64,000 nt of DNA from a virus. Positions 8,927 through 20,282 of the stretch are shown here, one piece after another (the first letter of the stretch is position 1; every line of letters begins with the position of its first letter). The notes under the pieces are model-generated. The model made no database searches. It saw only the letters and a program-made list of their open reading frames with translations, and was not told the DNA's origin. Both the position numbers and the translations under genes were made by a program. The DNA lies in IMG/VR virus record IMGVR_UViG_3300010149_000010; one strand, given 5' to 3'.

Positions 8927-11900
8927 ATGAGGTCGGGGGAGAACGCAATTATCGAATCATATGGGGCATACGTAAAAGGTATTAAATTATTCCCGCCAGC
9001 AAATATAAAAGTGATGCGAGAAGAACTAAAAGAACTCGTCGAAGACAAAACGTTAGAAGAATTCTTCGATGTTCTGCACACTGCGTGCAGGATATTTAAA
9101 ATACCAAATTTCATAACATATTTTGTAGCCTATCCAACTGCAAGAAAGCACGCAAAACGTGTGATGCAGTACGGTTGCCCACGTTCACGCCGGGCTCACA
9201 GTGAGGCAGGGAAAAGATGCGTATGCAATATGTCATAATAAATGAAGAATACGGTTACCGGATCTGGATGTCAAAAGTCACACCAGAAAAAACCAAAGAA
9301 CTATTAGCATGGTGGAAGTCATTAGAGACTGTGACGGGTATGTTTTACGACCCAAGCAGCAAGTTTCCAGTACCACTTACAGAACTGACAGAAAACAACA
9401 GAGACGACTACCCTGACCTAATCAAGGAAAATGTCGCTATCTACGTTGAACTTCATGAAGACCATGACTCAAGATTCAAAGTCATGGGAGACCAGGTGTA
9501 TTACCACCGTGGTTATTTTAACATTAATTCACTACAAAAGTAAAAAAACATGTCAAATGTAGAATTTTTTACCAATTCACCTTTCTCAGACCGCAATGAT
9601 GACAGCAAAAAAGTCACAGAAACTTTATGTCGTCACTACAACGTCGAATTACCACCAGTTGGTGCTCGACACTTTCTGTCACACCTAGATGAATTGACAC
9701 CCCTTGCGATTGAGAAAGCCTTCTCCCTATTCGACCAAGCTGGTATCAGTGCAGGAGCCCACACGTTTCAAATCGACAATCCGTTTTTAGCGGTAACTCG
9801 ATTGTGCGGAGTGAAGGTTGGTGACGAGTCTCTAGAGAATGAAGTCAGAACGCAACACTACAGAGGAGAAGATCGCCCTCTTCAACCAGTAGTAATCCGT
9901 GAGAAACCCTTTAGAGAAACAAATAAAGTAACACTTATCGTCTTTCCTAACAAGGAAGGTAATTTAACCCTTTACACAATGCACTCAGGACCTGCAATGA
10001 ATCCAGATTTTTCTCATGAAGACTGGAAGACCAACGCTTTAGCGTTTAAGTCTGAGGAGGTGAACCATGTCGTGTAATAACTGCGTAGACCAGAATAGAG
10101 AAATCTCCGAGGACATCTATATGTTTTCAAGAGACACATCAGGAATTCATGAGATCGACGATGAGATCTTCTGCCCTGACTGCTCACCCTGGAGTCGTCA
10201 GGAAAGAAAGTCTCGATGGGACGACAATGATGACTGGGGTGGAGACCCCAACGATGTAGCAGGCAAAGCATTCGCAGGCTACTAACTTTACAATCAGACC
10301 ATTACTTCATTGTAATGCAAACCCTCTAGTAGGGGATTCTTTCAAAAGAAGAATCTTAAAAGTGTCGAAATCAAATAACAGAACTTGTGTTATTCCTTTC
10401 TGGAGTTTTGTTATAGAGCTAATGATATGCTCTCGCCTCTGTTGTGTGCGGCGTGATAGGGTGTGTACCCCTGATGACTCCATGATGGAGTGATTGTATT
10501 TTTCTAATGACGTAACGTCAGGAGACAACATGAATAGTAAAACTATGCACTGGATCATTTACGACCTGTTGGTTCAAACAGGCCATATAAAATCAATAGG
10601 ATATGGTCTTGGAGACCAGGACGGATGTTTAGTAGAGAGGAATCTAAATGTTTACAACTCTCACACTAACAAAACCCCAGCGAAAACCCCTAAAAGGAGC
10701 CGAAATGTCTAACATCCCACAAGTACATCAACAAGTCTATGAACTGTTAACAGTTCAACAAAAAAACTTCTTCTACATCCACTCCCTGTGGCAGGGTGTT
10801 TCATGCATCCGCTTGAAAAGTGGAGTAATGAAAGAATTCGCAGCCAGCGGAAACGAATGTCAAATGCAAACGTTTCTAACTTATGCACAACACATCGTCG
10901 CGCTAGCACATGCTAAAAATATCTGGACCTGTGTAAGGTTCAGTAACAATGGGTACCAATCAGTACTCGTTTACCTTGGGACAAGAAATATAGACGAATT
11001 CATGCGGTTGTCAAAGATTCGTCAAGCAGCTGCAGCTGAAAATGCTGAGGCAAAAGCAAACTGGCCGGATGGAATTCTGGATAAACACGGAGAACCGTAC
11101 GGGAGTCGAACATGATCAATCAAATTAAAGATGACTACAATAATTTACCATCGTGGGCTAGGATGCTCATTGGGATAGGAGTCTTATTCAGCATCATTAA
11201 GTGGTTTCCAATAGTTGAGCTGCTTGAGTTATTTTCTTATGTTGTCATCATACCCCTAGGGTTCCTAACGTTCCTAGGGCTAGTTTCAAAAGAAACTACC
11301 AATGGGGTAGTAGAAGCCTGGAATACCGTATGTAACACAATAAGAGAAAGAGCAGCAGAAGTAGCTACTGCAGAAACACCTAATGTAGAAACAGAAACCA
11401 CAAACGAAGCAACGGGATCATAATATGGAAGAAGCACTCTTCTGTCGTCTCTGCATCGTGATCATATCAATGGCTGCATTCCTTTAAAAGGAGACTAAAA
11501 ATGAAATCATTGTCACTTATATTTGTGTTTATTTTAACACTACCAACATTAGCTCAAGCCAAGCCAACATGCAAAGAACAGATTGCTTTTGTTAGAGCCA
11601 CTATCAAAGTTCTAGAAAAAACAATTCAAGAATGTAAAGAGCAATGGGATGGAACATGTAACATGGCCATTTCAAGTAACCATGAAGCCGTACTAGACGG
11701 TCTTGATTATGCATACCAAATCTGCCCAAAAGAATGGGTAGAAAAACTAAAAAAAGTAGAAAAGGCTTTTGACAATGGTAAGTAATGTACTAGAAGCACT
11801 TCAAGAAATATCAGCTCGAGAAGAACAATTGCCAAAAGCAGTAGATGCTGTAAGCGAAATAATAAAAGACTGCGTAATACCCGACCTGGTAGCACTAGCT

Positions 11901-12065
11901 TCTAGAGTCGACACAGCAAAGTCCACCCACTCACGAGCACTAACAGCAATAAGTATATTACTGCCAAGAACAGCAGCCAACTTAAAATCGCTTGACAAAA
12001 AAATGACAAAACTACTAGATCCAGAAAAAACCCAAAAAAAATACAGAATGAAAAAAATCAAGTAA
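8927..12065 (+). other. Run of small tandem hypothetical ORFs (8927, 9217, 9550, 10067, 10494/10648, 11112, 11501, 11769), typical of a phage early region
   Basis: Closely packed or overlapping + strand ORFs, several with AGGAG-type RBS; no recognisable motifs. Confidence 0.6.
10358..10505 (+). ncRNA. Possible circularly permuted (type II) hammerhead-like variant
   Basis: GTC-GAAA-TCA (10364-73) could pair with TGAT-A (10454-58); stem I GGGT/ACCC; CTGATGA 10471-77; then an extra CTCC/GGAG hairpin. Stem II is weak. Confidence 0.3.
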
Positions 12066-12133
12066 CGTAAACGTTTAAAAAGTTAATTCTTCTCTATTAA
12101 ACCAATGCAGAAACAATCAATGTAAAACGCTTT

Positions 12134-12207
12134 GGGCCTATAGCTCAGTTGGTTAGAGCACCCGACTCATAATCGGTAGGTCCCAGGTTCAAGTCCTGGT
12201 GGGCCCA
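12134..12207 (+). tRNA. tRNA with CAT anticodon, most like tRNA-Ile2 (lysidine type); no encoded CCA
   Basis: Cloverleaf with GGGCCTA/TGGGCCC acceptor, CCGA-CTCATAA-TCGG anticodon arm and GGTTCAAGTCC T-arm. Confidence 0.9.
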
Positions 12208-12217
12208 TAAAAATTTT

Positions 12218-12290
12218 GGACTTTTAGCTCAGTTGGTAGAGCATCGGACTTTTAATCCGCAGGTCCTGGGTTCGAACCCCAGAAGGTCCA
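12218..12290 (+). tRNA. tRNA-Lys(TTT); no encoded CCA
   Basis: GGACTTT/AAGGTCC acceptor; CGGA-CTTTTAA-TCCG anticodon arm; GGTTCGAACCC T-arm. Confidence 0.95.
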
Positions 12291-12314
12291 TTTAAAAAAG
12301 GAGAAAATAAAGAA

Positions 12315-14561
12315 ATGAAGATATCAGCAATATTATTAACCTTAACCAGCTTGGCATTGCTGACAAGTATTGCCAATAATCCCAATAGCAGCATCCATAT
12401 TATATCTCCCTCAGCAGTATACATTGAAGGAGAAGCCTGCGTAATAAATGCAGGTAAAGAGAGAGAACCAGAGGAGCTTGAAAACGATTGGCAAGGTTGT
12501 CTTGCAATTCACGAGCTTGTCCGGTGAGCTACGCAATAGAGTTCATTATCTATTTCGTATGGACGTTTTATGCTCTCACGTTCTGGATGAACCTGAATTT
12601 TAAAAATTTTTAACGATTATGCACTGCTAAAGGCTAAAAAATGACAAAAAAAATTTCAGAAGCAGAAGCAAAAAAAATAGCAAAAGTTGCAAAAAAACGC
12701 AACTATAAAGGCAACCTAGAAGCAATGGCATTGTATCAAATTCTTACCAACATTGGTGGAGAATTCGGCATGATCATGAGGCACGTCGTAGAAGAATACA
12801 ATGACATAGAACACGGAAGTGAAGAAGAATCATTCGCGTTCCTCAACTGGTTGCCAAATCACATGGTTGAATGGCTAGTAAATTCAGCTAAAAACGATTT
12901 AGTGAAAGCCTCATTTGTAACAAATATCAACTGTCAATGGCATAACCACTGGCATATAGTAGCAGACTCAGCAAAAAAAGTTGTGATCGAAACAAAGATT
13001 CGCAGATGGTGCAAAACGCCTGAAGCTAAAAAATTCATAAAGCGCAACGAACATCGTAATGACTGCATAACAACATACCACTGGCTTTGAACACAAGGAC
13101 AAAAAAGTAATATGCAAGAACTATCGGGCGAACAAAGAATCAAACACATAGCTATAAACCACGTCATGAGAAACATAGACATGGAAATCATTACTTCCGA
13201 AAAAAAAACAAACTTAGCATTCCTGCTAATTGCAACAGTGATAAGAGCAGTAGGTGATACATGTCACGCGTACTTCTCTACAGAAGAAAATGTTCTAGCC
13301 CCACTACCACTATCTTTGAATTCATACACCATGGCAAAAGCAAAAGGATATAAACTTATACAAAGCTATGAAGTAGATGAAGAAGAAGTAGTACATCTAG
13401 CCCTTAACATCAACGAATGCAAAGCATTCATAAAAGAGATAGACCTCTTCATTGATCAAAATAAAGACTCACTCATAAAACAGCTGATACATAACAATAG
13501 AAACTGTGAATTCACAACCGTAACATATTTTTAAAAAAAGGGTGGCGCAATGACACACAACACAGCAGTACACAACAGCACACAAGAATTAATACTCAAC
13601 AACATGTTTGACTCAAGCATGTTGGTCATGAAACCTTCTTTTGACATGATAAAAAAAGGCAATAACGAAGAATACCAAAAGATGTTCGACGATTTTTTAG
13701 AAGTAGCAAAACAAGAGTGGCTTTTAATGATGCGAGAGTACCTCTCAACAGAAGAGATCGACTACCTGGTGCAATCATTCTTCTATAGTAGTAAGATTGA
13801 CGTGCAGAAGTTACTGCTCTTCAATACTGTCTTCACACAAAAAGTATCAGAACTAGCAGAGACCCACTTGAAGTAATGATAAAACTGATCTTCCTGTTGT
13901 TGTTATTCGTGATAGTGATGAGATTATACGGAGACATAATACTAAGATCATCACTAGACTTACTATCTCTAATTACAATCCTGACGTTAATTAAAATAAT
14001 TGGAGGCTAATATGCCAGCTACAGTTACCGCAGACAACAATGTTATCACCTACTTCTTCAGTAACTACGACGAGTTCGCAAAGCAAGCAGCAGAATTCGA
14101 ACAGCGACACAAGTTATACAAATACGAATATCGCTATAGCCTATTTAATGACCCGCAAGATTTCAATGAGCTCATTCTTGTCGGCTATGATAAGAACACA
14201 GAACAAGAAATCGAACGAATCTCAATCTACGAAAAAGGATACTAAAATGCAAATCATCAACCTAACCCCGCACACTATCAACATACACAGTAACGGCAGC
14301 GTCACAAACGTAACCCCTTCAGGCAACATTGCACGTGTAAGCACAAACTATCAACATTTTAACACAGTATCAGGTATTAATATCTACAATTGTGTCTATG
14401 GAGATGTTGATGGTCTTCCTGACTCACAAGACAACGCCATTTACATCGTAAATGGCGTTGTTAAATCAGCAGTGCCAACGCGAAAAGACGTAATGTCTCC
14501 AGGAGAGCTTATCCGTGATGATAGCGGCAAGCCAATTGGATGTAATGGACTTCGCCAGTAA
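12315..14561 (+). other. Run of small hypothetical ORFs (12315, 12641, 13112, 13550, 14000, and 14247..14561 beginning MQIINLTPH)
   Basis: Tandem + strand ORFs with phage-like A-rich codons. Confidence 0.6.
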
Positions 14562-14586
14562 TAATTAGCAATCCTAAACAACAAGT

Positions 14587-14632
14587 GACAATCCCCCCGC
14601 AAGGGGGGAATTAGCCCCCGCAAGGGGGCGTC
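14587..14632. repeat. Twin GC hairpins with GCAA loops (TCCCCCC-GCAA-GGGGGGA; GCCCCC-GCAA-GGGGGC)
   Basis: Two adjacent perfect inverted repeats in an AT-rich intergenic region, flanked by GAC/GTC. Confidence 0.7.
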
Positions 14633-14835
14633 TATAACCGTCTCCATAAAGTGTAAAACACTTTAAAAAACCTTAAAGATGTGACGAGACCTAGAATTGT
14701 ACGAACTAATATTCAAAAGCAAAACAATTAAATGCAATTCAATACAAGAATGGCATAAAGCAGTAATACAATTAGAAAAAAAGGGACAAATGTTCGACAA
14801 CTTTGTAAAAAAAGGGTCAACATATAAATTCTATT

Positions 14836-15342
14836 ATGAAAAATAAATATCTCATACTAGTAAAAGAGTACTGGAACGACAAACTTGTAGAAGAATGGTA
14901 CGAAGAAAACAATGGCCATTCAGGAATGTTAACGTTTACGAGCTTTGTAGAAGCGAAAGAGTATGCAGATGAAAACTCATATAAAATAAAACTAAAAAAC
15001 GACACACACAGATATGAACTCACAGTAATAGAGCACAACCAACAAACTCAAAAGTATAAAATGATCAAAGATTACGAAGAAGTAGGAAAGCAAATAGGCG
15101 GTCTACTAAATGAAAAGCAACAATCTTACGGAGACGCTTTTGGAAAAATGGAACAAATATTTAAGATACTGTATCCAGAAAACATTCAAAAACACCAATA
15201 CAAAGACGTCTTAACACTTGCAAGAATACTAGACAAGATTTTTAGAATAGCCAACCTCCCTGAGGACCAAAAAGATACTATGGGAGAAGAGCCCTACAAA
15301 GACATTGCAGGCTATGCAATATTAGCGCTATTGAAAGACTAA
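14836..15342 (+). CDS. Protein whose C-terminal half resembles nucleotide-modification-associated / all-alpha NTP-PPase-like phage domains
   Basis: KQQSYGDAF ... DKIFR ... DIAGYAIL pattern. Confidence 0.5.
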   Translation: MKNKYLILVKEYWNDKLVEEWYEENNGHSGMLTFTSFVEAKEYADENSYKIKLKNDTHRYELTVIEHNQQTQKYKMIKDYEEVGKQIGGLLNEKQQSYGDAFGKMEQIFKILYPENIQKHQYKDVLTLARILDKIFRIANLPEDQKDTMGEEPYKDIAGYAILALLKD

Positions 15343-15343
15343 A

Positions 15344-16462
15344 ATGATTATATATTATGCAGGAATATACGGAATATGCTGGAGCTTGATGTATGCCCGG
15401 CCTTTGCAGCCTTTAAGATTTTTCCTCCAAAATGTACCATTTTTAAACGAACTACTAGAGTGCATAGTCTGCCTAAGCTTTTGGGTTGGACTCCCGTTTT
15501 TATATTACTATTTCAACCAAACGCCATGGCCAACCCAAATTCTAATACACTTTAGCACCATTACATTCACATGGTGTTTAGCTTACCTTTTAGAGGACTA
15601 AAAAAATTGACAAACACTTACACAAAAAAACAACAATCAGTACTAAATCTAGTTAACAAACTAAACAAAACAGTCTTTTCTCCAAATGAACTTTATACAG
15701 CACAAGGTAAAGACAAGCCGTTCTCAAGAAAAGCCATATCCGTGCACCTAAGTACCCTGAGAACAAACAACCCCTCACTCCTCACTAGAGTTAAAAAAGG
15801 CCAATACATGTTAACAGAAACCATTAACGCAGTTTCAACTAATCAATTTTCAATCACACCCAAAGAAGAGCTTCCTGGTTTTTTAGCTTACGAAGATATT
15901 GACAAATTAATTGAATGGAAAAACGCTTCAATTACCGACACCAATGCAACTATCGACTTTCTAAAGTTAAAAATTGTAAAGCTAGAAAAACAAAAACAAT
16001 TGTTAAACAATATTCAAAACAAGTTCTGTTAGAGGTGTAAACATGTACATACAAAAACACTTACTTGACATAAAGTTGATCAAAAAGTATCTTTCCGACA
16101 ACGAAGACAGTACAAACTCAAACCTACACAATTCCTTTACAAGAAAAGAATTTGTAAGAAATACCAGTTCAACAAACTATTATTTTAAAGAAATGCTAAA
16201 CTCAGGTCTAATTATAGACACAGGAATGGTCTATGCAAACAAGAGGGGAAGCCCCGTCGTATACCGATTGAATGAAGTTTTTTTACAAGCTGGACAAAAA
16301 GAAACATACTCTCTAACAAAAGAAGACATCGAATTGCTTCTAAAAGTAAAGAGCAGTAACCTCAAAAACATAAGTGAAGAAATTAACATTATGAAAAAGC
16401 GCGTCGAATCTCTGCAATCAGAACACACTTCTTTAATTGCTTTAAAAAAGAAAACACTTTGA
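15344..16462 (+). other. Small membrane protein (15344..15601) and two similar putative winged-helix plus coiled-coil proteins (15571..16032, 16043..16462)
   Basis: The last two ORFs both contain 'L..EDI..L...K' followed by a heptad tail. Confidence 0.45.
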
Positions 16463-16615
16463 AAAAGTATGAAAATATAAAAGCGTTTGAATTAGAACTA
16501 CTTCTAAACGCTGAAAAAATGAAAATTGAATTATTAAAAAGAATTGCCAACTCTTTAGAAACTATTGCTGCTAAAAAAGAAGTAGAAAAAGATAAAAATG
16601 ATTTTTTAAATTTTA

Positions 16616-17200
16616 ATGACTCTAATAATTAACGACATAAACTACGAATACCACAAAGATTTTTTACTTCCTCAAGACGAACTTTTTTTAAAGCAAAAGT
16701 TAACTTCAGTTCCCTGGAGGCAAGTAAAATACTTTAAAAAACATAGAGGTAAAATTGTAACTCCAAGATTATCTTGGGTTTCTGGGGGTCTTTCAACTAC
16801 AGTTAATAAACATCCAAATTGGATTTTGCCTCTACTACAATATGCAAAAGAAACATTTCACGAAGAGTTCAATTATATCCTTTATTTTAAATATGATTCC
16901 CCTAAACACTCAATATCACCACATTCAGACAACGAATTTTTTCTAGGACCAAATCCTAAAATAGCGGTGTTAACCATAGGGGATTCAATTAAATTCAAAC
17001 TTATAAACAAGATAACAAGACAGAAAATCTGTTTTAATTTCCAGTCAAACGATTTGATCTTGATGAAAGCAAACTGTCAGAAAGAACTACTTCATACGGT
17101 TCCTAAAGATAAAACTTTTGTTAATAAGACAAGGTATTCGCTTTCGTTTAGAAAAGTAATCCACCCTTACGGTGATTTAAATTACAATAAATACAATTAA
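16616..17200 (+). CDS. AlkB-family 2OG-Fe(II) dioxygenase
   Basis: PRL, HSDNE (HxD), HTVPK, RYSLSFR (RxxxxxR) motifs. Confidence 0.85.
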   Translation: MTLIINDINYEYHKDFLLPQDELFLKQKLTSVPWRQVKYFKKHRGKIVTPRLSWVSGGLSTTVNKHPNWILPLLQYAKETFHEEFNYILYFKYDSPKHSISPHSDNEFFLGPNPKIAVLTIGDSIKFKLINKITRQKICFNFQSNDLILMKANCQKELLHTVPKDKTFVNKTRYSLSFRKVIHPYGDLNYNKYN

Positions 17201-17212
17201 AAAAATGCATCT

Positions 17213-18543
17213 TTGCGCACAGCAACAGGCAAAACCTTACAAAAGGACAACACCATGAAAGATATGTTAGGACAAGAAATAGTTCCCGGTGACATTTTTA
17301 CAATAGCAGGCGGTAACGCAAGGTTTGGAGGTCTAACAATAGAAGTTGGAATAGTCATTTCAAACACTCAAAAAATGTTAAAAACATACACTACAAAATT
17401 TGACAAAATCAAACTTAAACCAACAAACAAGACCCCCAGAAAAGTGCTTAAAATTGAAACTCCTTCTGAAATATTTCTCAAAACTGACGCGGTTCAGTTA
17501 TTGCTAAAAACTTATCAAAAACATGTTGATTTCAATAAACCTTAAGTACAAATAAAATGCATCCAATACCAACAATACTGCTAACCATATATATACTTTT
17601 AACTTTAATAATTTTAATTGTAGCAGCTTGGTTTTTTCCTTATCAAGCTTTAATTATAACTGTTTTTTTAGCATTAATATCTATACTGGACGGATTATGA
17701 AAAACTTTTTAATAGCTTTTTCTGTTGTCGCACTTCTGCTTTTTTTTATTTCTAGCGCAGACAGCGATTATAGAAATGCAAAACGACTCTATTACGACTG
17801 CTCAAGTGCGACGCACAAGCTAGTCCCACTCACACCTTACGAGCATAAAACCCTTCTTGAATCGGGTTCAATCGATAACTTTACTTGCACAAGTAATAAG
17901 TATACTAGATTTTACGTTAATCTTTTAAGAAGGAAAATAAAATGAAAACTTTCAACTTCACGGATGAAGAAAGTCTTTTTGCTGCAAAAACTTATACAGT
18001 TGAAGCTTCAACTCCAGGCAACTGCAAAGTTAGCGTCAGGGGCGCTTTCTTAGGAAATTGGACTTTCAACTTAAAGCTAGATTACAATGTAGCATGTGAA
18101 CGATTAAATACTTACTGCCAAACTAACGACAAATACATACAGAACATATTTCCAGAACTCTCCCTTCAAGAAAGCAAAAAGTTCTTAACCAACCCTAGAA
18201 TGAATTTTTCAAAACCTAAATGAAGTACTTACTTTTATTTAATCTAACTGTTCCCCTGTGGTTTTTTTCAGCAAAATTGATTTTTTTAAATCATTCTTTT
18301 GCTCAAGAAAGTTATGCTAACGAGTTCAACTTGAACAAAAGAGACCTGAGATTAATTGAATATTACTTTTCTATTCAAGAAAACGCTAATAGCTTCGATA
18401 AGCTCCCTAAAGTAACTTCTAGCTCTAGGGTCAACACATTTTTTAAAATCTTGAAGAATACAGACCACCCCAAATGGATTCCTGCTTACTTACTTTTGCT
18501 GGAAATAATACCTTCTTTGATTACAGAAGATATTGGATGTTAA
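17213..18543 (+). other. Small hypothetical ORFs (17213, 17628, 17942, 18220)
   Basis: Tandem ORFs; 17942 shares an IQNI.P.L motif with 41970 and 42746. Confidence 0.55.
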
Positions 18544-18644
18544 TAAAAAATGCCTAGCCAAGAATGTTTAAGCTCTAATTTTTTTTACATTTACCTTTCT
18601 ATTCAAATTTACATGTTATATAAAGTTTTTAGTTCTATTTGATC

Positions 18645-18717
18645 GCACTAATAGCTCAGTTGGAAGAGCAGGGGCCTTCTAAGCCCAAGGTCGCAGGTTC
18701 GAGCCCTGCTTGGTGCA
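18645..18717 (+). tRNA. tRNA-Arg(TCT); no encoded CCA
   Basis: GCACTAA/TTGGTGC acceptor; GGGC-CTTCTAA-GCCC anticodon arm; GGTTCGAGCCC T-arm. Confidence 0.92.
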
Positions 18718-18940
18718 TTAAACACTAACAAATTAAAATCTTCTTAATTTTTTTACACCTACTTGAATTATACTCGTGCATTTTGGTATTTAATTTTTTT
18801 AAAAAGGAGGTTCAAATGATTAACGAAGCCACAGTTATTCTTGCATACAACGTTGCACTTTTAATTATGTGCTTAATCTTTTTATAGCACTAGAAAAAAA
18901 ATATTCGAAGCAGATATAATTAAACTACAGGAGTTTAATT

Positions 18941-19810
18941 ATGGAAATAATAAAGCAAGATGAGATGGTTAAAGCTAACATAGCCATTGTTCTAACTGAT
19001 ATTATAGGCTCAACTAAGTTCGTTGAACGCAATGGAAACTTGAATGCAGCCAAGTGGTTCAAAGTTCACGACAAACATTGCATATCTTTAATATATAGAT
19101 TCAACGGAATACTTTGTGATGCTTCAGATGGGTTCTTAATGTATTTTAATACAGTTCAAGATGCTTTAGCGTTTTCGTTTGCTTACAAAAAATCCCTCTT
19201 AAAACACAAATTCCCTTTCGCTACAAGAATAGGGATACATTATGATAGTATGTTAATATTAAAAACTCCTCAAAGTTTAATCGACATCAATCATAAGAGA
19301 ATATCATTAGAAGGCATTGGTAAGAACGTCGCAGCAAGAACAATGAGCATATGCGGCTCTCAACAAATATTGCTTACGACTAACGCTTACAACCAATACG
19401 CAAGAAGACTTTACTCTCATTCACATATACCTAAAGGAGCTTTAATAGCTTCTGCAGGCTTGTATGAATTTAAAGGTGTCAAGAACCCAGAACAAATTTG
19501 GGTAGCTGCTTTAAACGCTTTAGATCTTACACCACCTTTAAGTGGAGAAAAAGTTAAAAGACTAGCAGGGCCTAAAAAAATAAACATTAAACTTAGAAAT
19601 AGAAAATTAAAACAAAAAATAGAATTTTATTTTTGGAAAATTTCTTTTTTATACATCTTTTTTTTAATATGTTCTTTTTGGAACCTTATTTCCTCACCTA
19701 CTCAAAAGAAGATGTGGAATCTAGATTATTGGTTTTTAAAACCTTTCGATTATCTAAACTTTTTCTTTTCAATCATGTATGACTACCTAAGGTATCTTTA
19801 TGTTAGTTAA
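18941..19810 (+). CDS. Class III nucleotide cyclase (adenylate/guanylate cyclase fold) with a C-terminal membrane anchor
   Basis: IVLTDIIGST, SDGFLMYF, RIGIH, NVAART and FKGV motifs; hydrophobic C-terminus. Confidence 0.85.
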   Translation: MEIIKQDEMVKANIAIVLTDIIGSTKFVERNGNLNAAKWFKVHDKHCISLIYRFNGILCDASDGFLMYFNTVQDALAFSFAYKKSLLKHKFPFATRIGIHYDSMLILKTPQSLIDINHKRISLEGIGKNVAARTMSICGSQQILLTTNAYNQYARRLYSHSHIPKGALIASAGLYEFKGVKNPEQIWVAALNALDLTPPLSGEKVKRLAGPKKINIKLRNRKLKQKIEFYFWKISFLYIFFLICSFWNLISSPTQKKMWNLDYWFLKPFDYLNFFFSIMYDYLRYLYVS

Positions 19811-20273
19811 CGAAATTAAAAAAAACGCTCAAAACGATAAAGCTAAACGTGGCTGGTGGTTTTCTGTTTTCTTCATGATACTTGTAGTAGCACTAATAAT
19901 GTTTCTTTCTTTTGTAGAAATACAAGAAAAGAATAGAGATGTTCTGGTGGGTTTGATAGGCATGATAACTGGCGCTATAAGCTCAATGCTAGCCATAGCT
20001 AGTGGCAGAGACCCTAGCGAAGTCGAGCAGTTAAAAGATGATCTGTCTAATGCAAATGCAGACAGGCAAGCACTCATAGGTAGGCTTCGAGACAGCCAGA
20101 TACAAATGCAGCTTTTAAGAGAGCAAATATTCGAACTTCAAAATGCAGTAATAAACAAACTCTCGTTGTTTGTAAATGAACAACCTATAAAAACAAAAAG
20201 TGAAAACGATGTAACCCTTGACAAGCATGTCGTAGAATGGTTACCCGTTGATCGTAAAAATAATTTAAAATAA
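19800..20273 (+). CDS. Two-TM membrane protein with a coiled-coil tail, overlapping the cyclase stop
   Basis: Two hydrophobic helices followed by heptad repeats. Confidence 0.65.
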   Translation: MLVNEIKKNAQNDKAKRGWWFSVFFMILVVALIMFLSFVEIQEKNRDVLVGLIGMITGAISSMLAIASGRDPSEVEQLKDDLSNANADRQALIGRLRDSQIQMQLLREQIFELQNAVINKLSLFVNEQPIKTKSENDVTLDKHVVEWLPVDRKNNLK

Positions 20274-20282
20274 GGAATTATC

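Noticed and set aside
12224-12424. Minus-strand 66-aa ORF
   Set aside because: It overlaps tRNA-Lys antisense and is an artefact.
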